64,000 nt of DNA from Candidatus Spechtbacteria bacterium (GTDB lineage: Bacteria; Patescibacteriota; Minisyncoccia; Spechtbacterales; JACPHP01), in contig JACPHP010000015.1 in NCBI GenBank assembly GCA_016188605.1, positions 18,833 through 82,832 on the forward strand, given 5' to 3'. The translations under genes and the position numbers were made by a program. Positions within the stretch are counted from its first letter, which is position 1; the number at the start of each line of letters is the position of its first letter. Under the pieces are notes generated by a model. It was not told the DNA's origin. It made no database searches and was given only the letters and a program-made list of their open reading frames with translations. Shown one piece after another: positions 38,523-48,821 of the stretch.

Positions 38523-38844
38523 ATTGAATGACTACAATAAAATATTCTTTGACGAAATAAACAATTAAGATTCTTTTATTGAAAAGAGCCTTGTAATTCT
38601 GCGGTTGCGCATCATACAAATAAAGTCGGATATACTTAGTACTGCTCGGCTTAATCCCTCTCGGGGCTTACACCTGCAGCCTATCAACCTGATAATCTTT
38701 CAGGAATCCTGAGTTCTAATCTTGGGGCGAGTTTCACGCTTATATGCTTTCAGCGTTTATCTCTTACGAACGTAGCTACCCAGCAATGCTCTTGGCAGAA
38801 CAACTGGTAGACCAGAGGTTCGCTCTCTCCGGTCCTCTCGTCAC

Positions 38845-39720
38845 TTTTCCCCCTATTTCTAGGAGCGCAGACTATATCTTCATCCTCTCTAATTTTAATT
38901 AGAGTAGGAGTTGGCGTATTACCCATATGTCAGCGTATTCTTCCTTGTCAGCCTCTGCATGAATTACAAATAAATGTAATTCAACGCTTAGGCTGAGTGG
39001 AATACTTGCAGAACATATAAGTCGTTATGTTCGATTAATCTCAAACATAATCAGTCGTTACGGGGTTAAATCTAGAATTTTATACAATTCGCTTTTTGTT
39101 TTCTTCCTCTTAGTAACGTAATTTTCTCTTTGGATTACTAAGATAAAGTCAACAAGTTCTGCTAATTGCTTTTTTGTTAGCTGATTAAATTTTGTAGAGG
39201 CTAGAATTTCGCATGCTTTAAGTAATGCGGAAGCTTGAAGTTCCTTGAAACGAATATAAGGCAATAAATTTTTAAGAATATCTCTTATTTGCTTATAACC
39301 ATTTATCCGAAGCTCGGTCATCCCATCATTTCTTTTGGAAATATAACCGATTCTTAGAATTTCTTGTATCCAATACAAAGTTTTTTCATGTCTGGTGTCT
39401 TGATAAAAACAAATGACTGGCATAAATCGAATTCCGATTGCGCCATCCTTACGCTTTTTTATTTGAAGCATAAGACTTCCGTCTCCATCAAGGAAACCAG
39501 ATATGTACGCTAACTCAATTTTAGATCGACTTCCCACGGTATTATCTTATCACATTCTGGTCCTCAAGCAAATTCCGACATATCTAAGGACCGTGTGATA
39601 TGTTTTCTCATTCGAACCAAAATAATAATTAAGATTTCACCGTTATTAGCCAAATTGTCATCGCAAATTACTTCGCGAAGTAGCAGGGCCTTAAAGGCCT
39701 ACTAGGAGAGACCCCCCTCA
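38845..39720 (-). mobile_element. Group I intron (I1) in the 23S sarcin-ricin-loop region, carrying a LAGLIDADG ORF
   Basis: Exon breaks after ...CTCCTAGTA and resumes ...TGACGAGAGGACC. Conserved group I S-element GATGAAGATATAGTC at 38880-38866. Boundaries approximate. Confidence 0.6.
39058..39537 (-). CDS. LAGLIDADG homing endonuclease (single-motif)
   Basis: YISGFLDGDGSL motif. 159 aa, inside intron I1. Confidence 0.8.
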   Translation of the reverse strand: MGSRSKIELAYISGFLDGDGSLMLQIKKRKDGAIGIRFMPVICFYQDTRHEKTLYWIQEILRIGYISKRNDGMTELRINGYKQIRDILKNLLPYIRFKELQASALLKACEILASTKFNQLTKKQLAELVDFILVIQRENYVTKRKKTKSELYKILDLTP

Positions 39721-39861
39721 AAACTCGACGCCTGCAACAGATAGAGACCAACCTGTCTCACGACGGTTTGAACCCAGCTCGCGTACCGCTTTAATTGGCG
39801 AACAGCCAAACCCTTGGGAGCTTCTCCACCCCCAGGATGCGACGAGCCGACATCGCTGTCG

Positions 39862-40285
39862 AATTTTTTTGTGATCCATACTTTCATATGGCTTAGACTA
39901 TATCTTCATCTCGTCTCGGATACCAGTGTTAAATAACACATCATATCTCAATTTTTTTGACGAGAGTCGGCGTGTTGCCTTGCACTAAATGGCAAAGCCT
40001 CCCCTTTCGGGTCAGTCGTTACGGGGTTACAACCGGTGCCAATGCACCGGAAATCCCAAATCCCAATTTTCAATTTCCAATCAAATCCCAATTACTTAAA
40101 TCCCAAAACGTTTTGGTCATTAAATCATTTAGTCATTGATTGGTCATTGGAGTTTGGTCATTGGTCATTCCAGCACTTTGTGCTGGTCGAACTTCCCACG
40201 GTGTTGCCGGGCGACATGTCTCTATCATGTCACTGACGGGTTCTCCGTTATAAGCCGAATTTGTTGGTAGAGCATTGCTGCTCTA
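39862..40285 (-). mobile_element. ORF-less group I intron (I2) at the ~L2500 site of 23S
   Basis: Exon GTTTGGCACCT | intron | CGATGTCGGCTC. S-element GATGAAGATATAGTC at 39907-39893. Interior contains tcccaaa/ggtcattg simple repeats. Confidence 0.55.
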
Positions 40286-40419
40286 GCACCCCGATGTTTC
40301 AAGGTGCCAAACCGGGCCGTCGATATGGACTCGCGGGCCCGATTAGCCTGTTATCCCCAGGGTAACTTTTGTCTGATGATCTTCTCCTTTTCTATGAAAA
40401 AGAGTCGGTTCACTAAGTT

Positions 40420-40545
40420 CTGCTTTCGCAACTTGCCAATGCTCCGCATTGGCACACTGATATACACAGATACGAACACGGATATACACCGATTTTATCT
40501 GTGTTAATCCGTTTTCTTATCCACGTTAATCCGTGTGTCAGTGCG
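40420..40545 (-). repeat. IVS-like insertion, family A copy 1 (in 23S, near E. coli ~2375)
   Basis: ccaatgctccgcattggcacactgatatacacagatacgaacacggatatacaccgattttatctgtgttaatccgttttcttatccacgttaatccgtgtgtcagtgcgaagcactgacatc. Identical to 44207-44332. Confidence 0.7.
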
Positions 40546-40693
40546 AAGCACTGACATCTTATACTCCCGCTTGATTTTACTCTCGAGGTTTCTAAGAGCG
40601 CGGCTTACTTGCCTTGCAGTAAAGCCAGTTTGTGCCTTTACGCGACCACTCCGATTTCCATCCGGAGTTAACTGACCTTAATAAACGCCTCCG

Positions 40694-41344
40694 CTACAAT
40701 TTAGGCAATGTGTTCCCTAGCATTCCTAGCTTATACCGCATTGATGGCAAAATATATGGATCTATCAATTCTACAAATTTTTCAACCGTAGAACTGTTTA
40801 TATACAATTGCCAAAGGTTTCTCTGCGGCCGCAAATGTGTTTGAACACCAAATTTATTTTCCAATATCTTAATTAGTATAAGATTTTCTGCTTTGGAAAA
40901 ACTTTGCGTATTCAATATCAGCGCGCGATGATGCTTTGATTTTATTGAGCCATCATCCATAAACCAAACTGCTAATACTAATGGCGTGAGCCAACGTTCG
41001 ATCTGTCTCGGTAAAACTTTATGCTTATCTTTATAAAATTGTTGGGCATAAAATCTAAACGCTCCATGACTGATCGTTGAAAACCAATGTTCACGATATA
41101 TCCTATCAAATACAACATGTTGTTTTTCTTGAGGCGGGGTTAATACCCATTCTTTGAATTTTTCATATAACCAAAGAGTGTATTTTTCCTGCCAATATGC
41201 ATGTTCAATCTTCAAACGATAGGTACGTTCGTGATTTTGGGTTTCAAGATGTCCATCACCAAGTAGTACACCAATGAGAATCTCTTTCTGCCCCTCCGAT
41301 AACCGAAGCGTTTGTTTATACGCCTCAATCTTCTTTGATCTCAT
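40694..41344 (-). CDS. LAGLIDADG homing endonuclease (two-motif)
   Basis: LIGVLLGDGHL and LAVWFMDDGS motifs. 216 aa. Confidence 0.8.
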   Translation of the reverse strand: MRSKKIEAYKQTLRLSEGQKEILIGVLLGDGHLETQNHERTYRLKIEHAYWQEKYTLWLYEKFKEWVLTPPQEKQHVVFDRIYREHWFSTISHGAFRFYAQQFYKDKHKVLPRQIERWLTPLVLAVWFMDDGSIKSKHHRALILNTQSFSKAENLILIKILENKFGVQTHLRPQRNLWQLYINSSTVEKFVELIDPYILPSMRYKLGMLGNTLPKL

Positions 41345-41626
41345 AAATGTAGGTGATCCTTACGGATCCTTATGGTCGCCCATAAGTTCAGACTATATCA
41401 CCCTCATTACTCCATAAAGTAATGAGTTTCAGCGTGTAGTCGTTGAGGGGAATGCAATCTTCAAAAATTATGCATTCTTCCCTGCTGATAAGCCGCATTA
41501 CGTGATTTTCACCCTTTCGACTAGGTACACGTACATACTGCATCCATTTAAGGAACGGTTTTCCCAGCATATAGCTGATTTTGCAATGCAATCTTACGAC
41601 TGCATGGCCCCTGTGGCTGTAGCAAG
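40706..41626 (-). mobile_element. Group I intron (I3) near 23S ~L2240, carrying a double-motif LAGLIDADG ORF in its 3' part
   Basis: Exon ...GGGGCGCTAGCCTCAAGAGT | intron | AGCGGAGG.... S-element GTGATATAGTCTGAAC at 41410-41396. The ORF stop TAG overlaps the 3' junction. Confidence 0.55.
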
Positions 41627-41949
41627 CCACTCTTGAGGCTAGCGCCCCACTAAAACTGCCTACCATCCACTGTTCCCTGTGTTTCGCGCAAGGTTAGTTT
41701 TTACATTTTAAAAGATGGGTGTTGCATTGACGGCTCCATCTCGCCCGAAAGCGAAACTTCAAAGCCTACCCACTACGCTACGCAGTCAAAATATAAAAAC
41801 AATGGAAAGCTGCAGTAAAGCTCCTGGGGTCTTTTCGTCTTGTTGCAGGACAACGGCATCTTTACCGTTACTGCATTTTCACCTAGCTCTTCGTTGAGAC
41901 AGTTGCCCAGTCATTACACCTTTCGTGCGGGACAGAAGTTACCTGCCAC

Positions 41950-42994
41950 AATTATGTTACTACCCCAAATACAAATTGAGGACGGAAAGAGCGCTTCGGC
42001 TCCTTCTCTCTATGTCGCCATAGAGTTCAGACTATATCACATTCTCTGGACGAAATCGTACAGAGAGCTTTGGCATGTAGTCGTTGAGGGTTCGTTGCAA
42101 TTTATCTAATTTTTTTCTTTGCGTTATATGTCGTAAAGGATACTGATGAAGAAATATATTTGCAAAAGCTATAATCGTACTTTTTGCATTTGTTTCCCAA
42201 TGACGCAATCCATCCTTTCGCTTTCTCGTATTCCCAAAACCCGTAAAAGCTTTGAGAAGAGAGATAATCTTTTCATCTTTCATTGCGACTGCTATATAAG
42301 GCTCAAGACGATCGTTGCTTCTTTTCCAGCCGAATGATCCTTCGCCATCAATCACTCCAGCTAAAAAATATCCTACCGCATCACGAGAACTTTCCAATAA
42401 AGAAAAACTCTTTTTAATGCGTCCTTCTTCCTTTACTCTCCTTAACGCTTTTCTATATACGCCCATCACTATTGTCTTGCGGCGATGCTCTGCATGACCT
42501 TTATGTTGGTCAAGATATGAAACCGCAGCGCGCATAATTCTAATTCGTTCATTTCCCAAATCGCCACAAATTAGTGGGTACGTGGCAAGAAATGATAAAA
42601 TTATCTTTACTTTTCTTTTACCTCGAAAAGAAAGATTTAGAGCTCCTTTTACTTTAGAAATAACTCCATCATCCTCTCCAACAATTCTATTTATATCTTC
42701 AAGTAATACTCTATCAGAATTAGTTACGGTAATATCTGGCATATAGTAATGCCCAACAGGATGCTTGTTCCGAAACTTAATTACAGAACAAGACATTTCT
42801 GCAGCAAAAAATCCAGAATAATAGTGATGCGAAACTTGCAACGTTTCCTGCTGATTGTCTGACGGCCAAAAATTGACCACACCCGCAGCATTTTTACTCA
42901 TTATATATATTATACACTGAGTAGCTTAGGTTCTCCAGATGTTCCAGCATATAGCCAAATTTTCCAATAAGAGTCACCTCTTATGGTCCCCTGA
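41950..42994 (-). mobile_element. Group I intron (I4) at 23S ~L1931 (after GCGAAATTCC), carrying a LAGLIDADG ORF
   Basis: Exon ...GGTCCTAAGGTAGCGAAATTCC | intron | TTGTGGCAGGTAACTTCTGTCCCGCACGAA. S-element GTGATATAGTCTGAAC at 42044-42031. Confidence 0.6.
42032..42901 (-). CDS. LAGLIDADG homing endonuclease (289 aa, degenerate first motif)
   Basis: YFLAGVIDGEGSF motif, and an upstream YYSGFFAAEMSCS degenerate copy. Confidence 0.75.
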   Translation of the reverse strand: MSKNAAGVVNFWPSDNQQETLQVSHHYYSGFFAAEMSCSVIKFRNKHPVGHYYMPDITVTNSDRVLLEDINRIVGEDDGVISKVKGALNLSFRGKRKVKIILSFLATYPLICGDLGNERIRIMRAAVSYLDQHKGHAEHRRKTIVMGVYRKALRRVKEEGRIKKSFSLLESSRDAVGYFLAGVIDGEGSFGWKRSNDRLEPYIAVAMKDEKIISLLKAFTGFGNTRKRKDGLRHWETNAKSTIIAFANIFLHQYPLRHITQRKKLDKLQRTLNDYMPKLSVRFRPENVI

Positions 42995-43037
42995 CAGAGG
43001 AATTTCGCTACCTTAGGACCGTTCTTTAGTGTTAACT

Positions 43038-43397
43038 CATAGTCGCCTATGAGATCGGACTATATCATACCCATTGCAAGCTCTTCGGCATTCATTGAGC
43101 TTACGGGTTCTTGCGTATAGTCTCTGAGGATTCCCCACCAGAGTGGGGTCTTTCCTGCTGATTGTCCGCGTCACCGAATGGATTATTACTCAAAGAGTAC
43201 CATCGGATTCATGCGGAGTTTCCAGTCCCGCAAGCCTTCCACCATTCATAATTTACGAACGACGTGACTTACGGTTTCCCGATATTGTTTTTGATCGCCA
43301 CAGCAATACTGCGGGATCTAGATTTGTAGCTACTAGCTATTATCACAGACAAATCGGGAACATATAGCAAGATTTTTTAGCGTAACTACAACGGTCA
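43038..43397 (-). mobile_element. Compact ORF-less group I intron (I5) at 23S ~L1900-1917
   Basis: Exon ...GGCCGTAACTATAA | intron | (C)GGTCCTAAGG. S-element GATATAGTCCGATC at 43063-43045. Confidence 0.5.
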
Positions 43398-43439
43398 ATT
43401 TATAGTTACGGCCGACATTCACCGGCGCTTACAGCACGA

Positions 43440-43545
43440 GCCATCCTTCGCTCCTCACTTCGTGCGGAGCTACGGAGTGGCAAGCTGCTTTTACTGAAAG
43501 CATGCATCGCTCCGAAGCTCTTTGCGGAGCAAAGAGCGAAGGACG
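43440..43545 (-). repeat. Structured insertion, family B copy 1 (23S helix ~1850-1880 expansion)
   Basis: ccttcgctc...cttcg...ggagctacggagtggcaagc...gctctttgcggagcaaagagcgaaggacg with a perfect internal hairpin gctctttgc-gga-gcaaagagc. Related copies at 45405-45530 and 59285-59400. Confidence 0.6.
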
Positions 43546-44206
43546 ACAAGCGCTGTTTGACGTTCCGGCATTGGTCAGGTGTCACCCCCTATACATCCTC
43601 TTACGAGTTAGCAGGGAGCTGTGTTTTTGTTAAACAGTTGCCAGGCAAAATTTAACTGCGCCCATCTTGCGATGGGAAGGCATATTCCGAAGTTACGCCT
43701 AGCTTTTTTGCCGAGTTCCTTAACGAAGACTCGCTAGTTCACCTTGGGCTACTCGCCCTGCCTACCTGTTTCGGTTTGTGGTACGGGCCCAACTCATCTG
43801 ATCGTAGAGAATTTTCTTGGAAGACTGCTCTCTTAAATCGGTCTTGACGTGTCAAAACCTGTTTCCTACTTCATCGGTTTATACCATGCGGATTTACCTA
43901 CATGGCGACCTCAAAATAGAAACGTAAATCCAATAATACGCTTAAGATACAAATCTCCGTCATCCCATAGAAATGAGTTGAGGGGCTGGAATATTAACCA
44001 GCTGTCCATCCCCCAGAGCCTTTCGGCTGAGAGGTTAGGGCCGCCTAACCCTTGGATGATTGCCATTGCCAAGGAAACCTTAGGCTTTCGGTGGGCCGAT
44101 CTCGCATCGGCCATGCGGTTACTCATGCCAACATTCTCACTTCTCTACGCTCCACCGCCCCTCACGAGACGACTTCACAGCATAGAGAATGCTCTCCTAC
44201 CACGCC

Positions 44207-44332
44207 AATGCTCCGCATTGGCACACTGATATACACAGATACGAACACGGATATACACCGATTTTATCTGTGTTAATCCGTTTTCTTATCCACGTTAATC
44301 CGTGTGTCAGTGCGAAGCACTGACATCCACGT
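44207..44332 (-). repeat. IVS-like insertion, family A copy 2, at the classical 23S helix-45 (~1170) IVS site
   Basis: Identical to 40420-40545. Flanking exon TACCGAAGACGTG | A | GCGTGGTAGGAGAGCATTCTC aligns with E. coli 23S ~1160-1180. Confidence 0.7.
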
Positions 44333-44964
44333 CTTCGGTAATATATTTGAGCCCCGGTACATTTTCGGCGCAAGAACTCTCGACTAGTAAGCTGTTACGC
44401 ACTTTTTAAAGGATGGCTGCTTCTAAGCCAACCTCCTAGCTGTCTGAGAATTCTCACCTCCTTTTCCACTTAATATATATTTAGGGACCTTAGACTGTGA
44501 TCTGGACTGTTTTCCTCACGAGCGCGGAGCTTAGCCCCCGCGTTCTAACTCCCTTCTTATCAATTCAGGAATTTGGAGTTTGATTGATTCGCCTAGGCGA
44601 AAGCCACGACAAATCATCCAGTGCTCTACCTCCTAAATGAAACAGAAGAGGCCAGCCCTAGAGCTGTTTCGGAGAGAACCAGCTATTACCAGGCTCGATT
44701 AGTTTTTCGCTACTCCCCACAGTTCATCACATAGTTTTGCAAGGCTAACGTGTACGGGCCTCCCTCCAGTTTTATCCGGAGTTCACCCTGACCATGGGTA
44801 GCTCGCCTGGCTTCGGGTCTTATGTGTGCCGCCAAGTACGCCCTATTAAGACTTGGTTTCCCTACGCCTTCGTTCCCATCGGAACTTAGACAAGCGACAC
44901 AGATAAACTCGTTGGCTCATTCTTCAATAGGCACAGCGTCACTCCTCGCTACCGCTCGGAGCTC

Positions 44965-45095
44965 CGAAATCAAATCTCAAAAATCAAATCTCAAAATTGT
45001 GGTATCGCCTTGCGGCGATTATATAGTCTCGCAAAGCGAGACACCTTAGTTTTGAGATTTGAGATTTTAATTTTGAGATTAGAAGCTCGGAGCGA
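44965..45095. repeat. 'atctcaaa' word-palindrome element inserted inside the 23S gene
   Basis: ...gctcggagc|tccgaaatcaaatctcaaaaatcaaatctcaaaattg...ttttgagatttgagattttaattttgagattagaa|gctcggagc.... 9-bp direct repeat gctcggagc at both borders. Confidence 0.55.
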
Positions 45096-45162
45096 TAGCG
45101 ATAAAGCTCCGCTTCTCTGTAGGCATATGGTTTCAGGTACTATTTCACTGCCCTCACCGGGC

Positions 45163-45201
<39 letters not shown>

Positions 45202-45404
45202 ATCATCAAAAGTATTTAGCCTTAGCTAATAGTATAGCTAGATTCGCTCGAGGCTTTCGTTCCTCGAGTTACTCAAGAATAGCAACAGGAGATGTGAATT
45301 TTTCGTCTACGGGACCATTACCCTCTTTGGTCGCCCTTTCCAGGGACATTCGACTAAATTGCACATTTTGTGACTCCTTTGGATTGCTCCAATGCTGCCA
45401 TCTT

Positions 45405-45530
45405 ACAACCCCCATCCTTCGCTCTTTACTTCGTAAAGAGCTTCGGAATGGCAAGCCACTATATAAATTTCTGGCATGCTGTTCCGTAGCTCCTTGCGGA
45501 GCAAAGAGCGAAGGACGGGTTTGGGCTTTT
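45405..45530 (-). repeat. Structured insertion, family B copy 2 (23S 5' domain)
   Basis: ccttcgctctttacttcgtaaagagcttcggaatggcaagcc...ctccttgcggagcaaagagcgaaggacg. Confidence 0.55.
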
Positions 45531-45829
45531 CCCTGTTCGCTCGCCGCTACTGAGGGAATCATAGTTATTTTCTTTTCCTCCGCTTACTGAGATGTTTCAC
45601 TTCAGCGGGTGTGGGTTCCAGCTTGCGCTGGAAGAATGCGGTTTTGCCGCACTGAGTTTCCTCATTCGGAAATCCCCGGATCATAGGTTGCTAGGCACCT
45701 CCCCGAAGCTTATCGCAGCCATGCTACGTCCTTCATCCCCTTTTGATGTCAAGGCATCCACCATACGCCCTTAAAAATGTTTGCATGATGCAGTTAAATG
45801 CTCCTCGCTATGCTCGCTCGTCGCAGACG

Positions 45830-45930
45830 CGGATTAATGCTGATACTACCGATAAATGCTGATATATAAATATCTGCATAAATCAGCTAAATCCGTATAG
45901 ATCAGCGTTGTTCCGAGCGCAGTGAGGAAC
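45830..45930 (-). repeat. Family-A-related insertion in the 23S 5' leader
   Basis: ggattaatgctgatactaccgataaatgctgatatataaatatctgcataaatcagctaaatccgtatagatcagcgttgttccgagcgcagtgaggaac. Shares the ccga(a/g)cgcagtgaggaac end with 58797-58940. Confidence 0.45.
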
Positions 45931-46427
45931 TATAAGAACCGCAGAATTACAAGACTCTATTCAAATCGCCAATGCGAAGCACTGACGATAAAAGACCTTA
46001 TTGTTTATTTTATGAAATTGACAATGTTCAGTCGTTTCTGAAAAATGTCATCGCTATCGGAGAAAAAATGCCTAACTCGTATTGCGCATCTTTTCTCTAA
46101 CAACGATGGATGAATGGTGTCCCGCCTTCGTCCGCCCTGGGTGGACTTCGGCGTGGCGAAGCAAAATAAAAACCGCTCTAGGCGGCTACGCAAACCAGCA
46201 AGAAAATTCGGTTTAAGCGCCGCTCTTTTTTTGGTTAACAATTGCTTCTTTTTGCATATAAAACAATGGGTGCTTAAAAGGTATAAACCTACTTTTTTTA
46301 ATTAAAGGTATGATAGCAGAATGCAATAATTACTGTCAAGCGGCATCTTGTACAATACAAGATGAGCTCCAAACTACAACGAAAAACGCTCCGCAAGCCG
46401 GAGCGTTTTTTAAATTACAGTAAGAAT

Positions 46428-47111
46428 CTATCCGTTAATATCTTTTTTAATCCCTTCCAAAATTTCGCGGGCTACTCCCTGGCCACCGAGGCCGAAGGCT
46501 AATCCGCTCGCCAAGGCAAGCATGGCAACAATGCCCATAAACAACGTGTTGACCATGGCTGTTGCAACGCCAAGCTGGTTTAATGCGGCTAGAATACCAA
46601 ATGCCCACACAGCCCAACGCGTCACCAAGCCCACAAAACGAGATGAGCCACCAAGTTCAGTTGCCTGTAATGCTGTGCGTGTAGCTTTCTCTAAGAAATC
46701 ACCGAGAATTGCCGCCACCACAATTACGAGAGCCGCGACTACTATATTAGGAATATAGAGCACTATTTGCTGCAAAAATGTTGCGACAGCAGTTAACCCC
46801 ATAATCTCTACCGCGGCCATAAAGAACGCGATGACGAAAAACCATTTCACCAGCATGCCGAGTAAAGAACTTATTTCAATCGTCATGCCTGCGCGATGAA
46901 GCATTTGCGTTACAGAAAGCTGGCTCATAAATTTATCCAGCTGCGCCATTTGCAAAAGGCGCGTTACAACCATACCAAAAGCGACCGCAATAATCCAACC
47001 TACAATAAATACAATGATTGCCCCGAGAAAACTCGGAACGAATTGCATAAAACCTTGCCAAATTTGCTGCAAGGATACAACTACTACTTCACTCCATTGT
47101 TGTACTAACAT
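46428..47111 (-). CDS. Membrane protein with repeated conserved TM helices (MscS-N-terminal-like 'TM helix' repeats)
   Basis: 227 aa, four-plus TM segments with repeated AxxLG-rich pattern. Family assignment tentative. Confidence 0.4.
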   Translation of the reverse strand: MLVQQWSEVVVVSLQQIWQGFMQFVPSFLGAIIVFIVGWIIAVAFGMVVTRLLQMAQLDKFMSQLSVTQMLHRAGMTIEISSLLGMLVKWFFVIAFFMAAVEIMGLTAVATFLQQIVLYIPNIVVAALVIVVAAILGDFLEKATRTALQATELGGSSRFVGLVTRWAVWAFGILAALNQLGVATAMVNTLFMGIVAMLALASGLAFGLGGQGVAREILEGIKKDING

Positions 47112-47251
47112 AATGTATATTTTAAAGAGAATAAATCTCAGTTAATTTTATTAATTATTTGAATATCGACGTTAGGTAAAAAGTACAAGACCTTTCTAAT
47201 AACATTATAGCAGTAATTCAGCAGAATTTAATATAGCTCTGTGGATAACTA

Positions 47252-47292
47252 TGGCAGAGGAGTTGCCGCGCTAGCGCGGCAACTCCTCTGCC
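47252..47292. terminator. Perfect 17-bp-stem hairpin ggcagaggagttgccgcg-cta-gcgcggcaactcctctgcc
   Basis: Direct reading, between the two minus-strand membrane-protein genes. Confidence 0.55.
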
Positions 47293-47301
47293 ATCAATTA
47301 T

Positions 47302-47808
47302 TTACGATAATCGTTTAACTGATGTATACTCGAGAACTGATTGCACTAACCACGCAAACGTAATCGCAATTACAATGCTACCGATAATATCAACCCCGTG
47401 GTGCACGCCAACGTAAATTCGTGAAAAACCTACTATAATTGTCAACGCCCATAGCGCAATGCTAACTTTTTTATTAAACGGCCAAAGGGCAGCTGCAATC
47501 GCAGCGCTAATCAGTGTGTGATCGGAGGGAAAACCATTATCCGCCACATGCGCAATAAGCGGAGTGAAGCCATCAGTTACGAACGGCCGCGGGTAATAAA
47601 AGAAAAATCCCAAGATTTTTGCCGCGAGATAGGTCAACGGCAAAGCCAGCACAGCAAAAACAATCATCCGCTTTTGCACGTCACGCTTTTGCAACATAAG
47701 ATATGCTAACGCGATACCAATAATGGCAATAAAAAGATACTTAGCAGATAAAATAAAGAATAGAGAAGCTATGTCCATAATATTGAAGTTCACGACCCAT
47801 ATTAGCAC
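47302..47808 (-). CDS. PAP2-family phosphatase (undecaprenyl-diphosphatase-like)
   Basis: YPRPF ... FPSDH ... SRIYVGVHHGVD signature triad of PAP2 acid phosphatases. Confidence 0.7.
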   Translation of the reverse strand: MLIWVVNFNIMDIASLFFILSAKYLFIAIIGIALAYLMLQKRDVQKRMIVFAVLALPLTYLAAKILGFFFYYPRPFVTDGFTPLIAHVADNGFPSDHTLISAAIAAALWPFNKKVSIALWALTIIVGFSRIYVGVHHGVDIIGSIVIAITFAWLVQSVLEYTSVKRLS

Positions 47809-48008
47809 GCGTTGAAGAAAGAAAAAAGGCCACCTACAAATAGAAAAACTCGCCTATGGCGAGTTTTTCTATTTGTCTGGTCAAGTCTAATACTCAAAAA
47901 ATTAACTACGCGAGGGAGTATGAAAAATGGTCGTTAAAATAGACAATATTTCGAATACTGCAAGAATCGGACTCCTCTCGCGATAATAAGCGTTAGCATT
48001 TATAGCTT

Positions 48009-48048
48009 TGGTGGACCATGGGAGAATCGAACTCCCATCTCCCGGATG
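48009..48048 (-). pseudogene. Partial duplicate of tRNA-Ala (3' 40 nt, anticodon loop through CCA) plus 12 nt of 3' flank
   Basis: tggtggaccatgggagaatcgaactcccatctcccggatg identical to 48127-48166. Shared flank atttatagcttt. Confidence 0.7.
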
Positions 48049-48126
48049 TCCCAGAAAAACAAGGAGCTTTGCGACTATGTTTTTCGCGATACCGGCAAAA
48101 TAATGAGCGTTAAGTATTTATAGCTT

Positions 48127-48200
48127 TGGTGGACCATGGGAGAATCGAACTCCCATCTCCCGGATGCAAACCGGGTGCTCTGCCACTAAGCTAATGGCCC
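48127..48200 (-). tRNA. tRNA-Ala (anticodon TGC), CCA encoded
   Basis: GGGCCATTAGCTTAGTGGCAGAGCACCCGGTTTGCATCCGGGAGATGGGAGTTCGATTCTCCCATGGTCCACCA. G3:U70 Ala identity pair present. Confidence 0.85.
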
Positions 48201-48278
48201 AAATTTTGAATATTTTGTTAAATATCCTCACTCCGCTGCGCTGCGCTCGGTGTAATCAAAAGAGGTGCACTGGAAAGT

Positions 48279-48313
48279 TTTCAGCCTGAGGCTGATCCGC
48301 CTCTGGCGGAAAA
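48279..48313. repeat. Twin-hairpin G+C-rich repeat (cagcc-tgag-gctg / ccgcc-tct-ggcgg), copy at the tRNA side of the foreign cassette
   Basis: ttcagcctgaggctgatccgcctctggcggaaaa. Inverted near-identical copy at 56162-56196. Related copies at 8281-8315, 56010-56030 and 56390-56415. Confidence 0.65.
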
Positions 48314-48377
48314 CCGCCTCGCTAAAGCGAGAGGCCAAACCTAAACTTTCCGACGAAAGCCAAGCAGTTGGCTTTCG

Positions 48378-48403
48378 TCCTCTGCCACTAAGCTAATGGC
48401 CCA
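48378..48403 (-). pseudogene. Partial duplicate of tRNA-Ala (5' 23 nt)
   Basis: ctctgccactaagctaatggcccaa identical to 48178-48203. Confidence 0.65.
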
Positions 48404-48519
48404 ATGCGCGCAAATTACAAAGCACAGAACACAAAAGCCAAACAAACCACAAAAGCACAAAATTACAAACACGAAACGTTTGGGATTTGTAATTTGTGTT
48501 TTGGAATTTACAAACCTAG

Positions 48520-48591
48520 TGGGCGCGGAAGGAGTCGAACCTTCCGCCTCTTTCTTATCAGGAAAGCGTTCTACCGCTGAACTACGCGCCC
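48520..48591 (-). tRNA. tRNA-Ile (anticodon GAT)
   Basis: GGGCGCGTAGTTCAGCGGTAGAACGCTTTCCTGATAAGAAAGAGGCGGAAGGTTCGACTCCTTCCGCGCCCA. Anticodon loop CTGATAA. Confidence 0.85.
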
Positions 48592-48711
48592 GCAATAAAG
48601 AATACAGAATCTAGAATACCGAATACAGGGACGGAATAAACTGCGATACTATCTTTTTTACAACAATAACCAATATGGCACAAGTACCACATATTTGTCA
48701 GGGTTCTGATA

Positions 48712-48739
48712 TTGACTTATAGTTTAATCGTTTTATAAT
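48712..48739 (+). promoter_or_regulatory. Near-consensus sigma70 promoter (TTGACT, 16 nt, TATAAT) for the 48822 gene
   Basis: Direct reading, followed by a leader with AAAGGAGGT SD 5 nt before GTG. Confidence 0.6.
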
Positions 48740-48821
48740 CACGACACTCTCTTGAACTGCACAGAAATGCAAACGAGAAGCTGTATTTTCACAAATTATA
48801 ACAATCGAAAGGAGGTATCTG

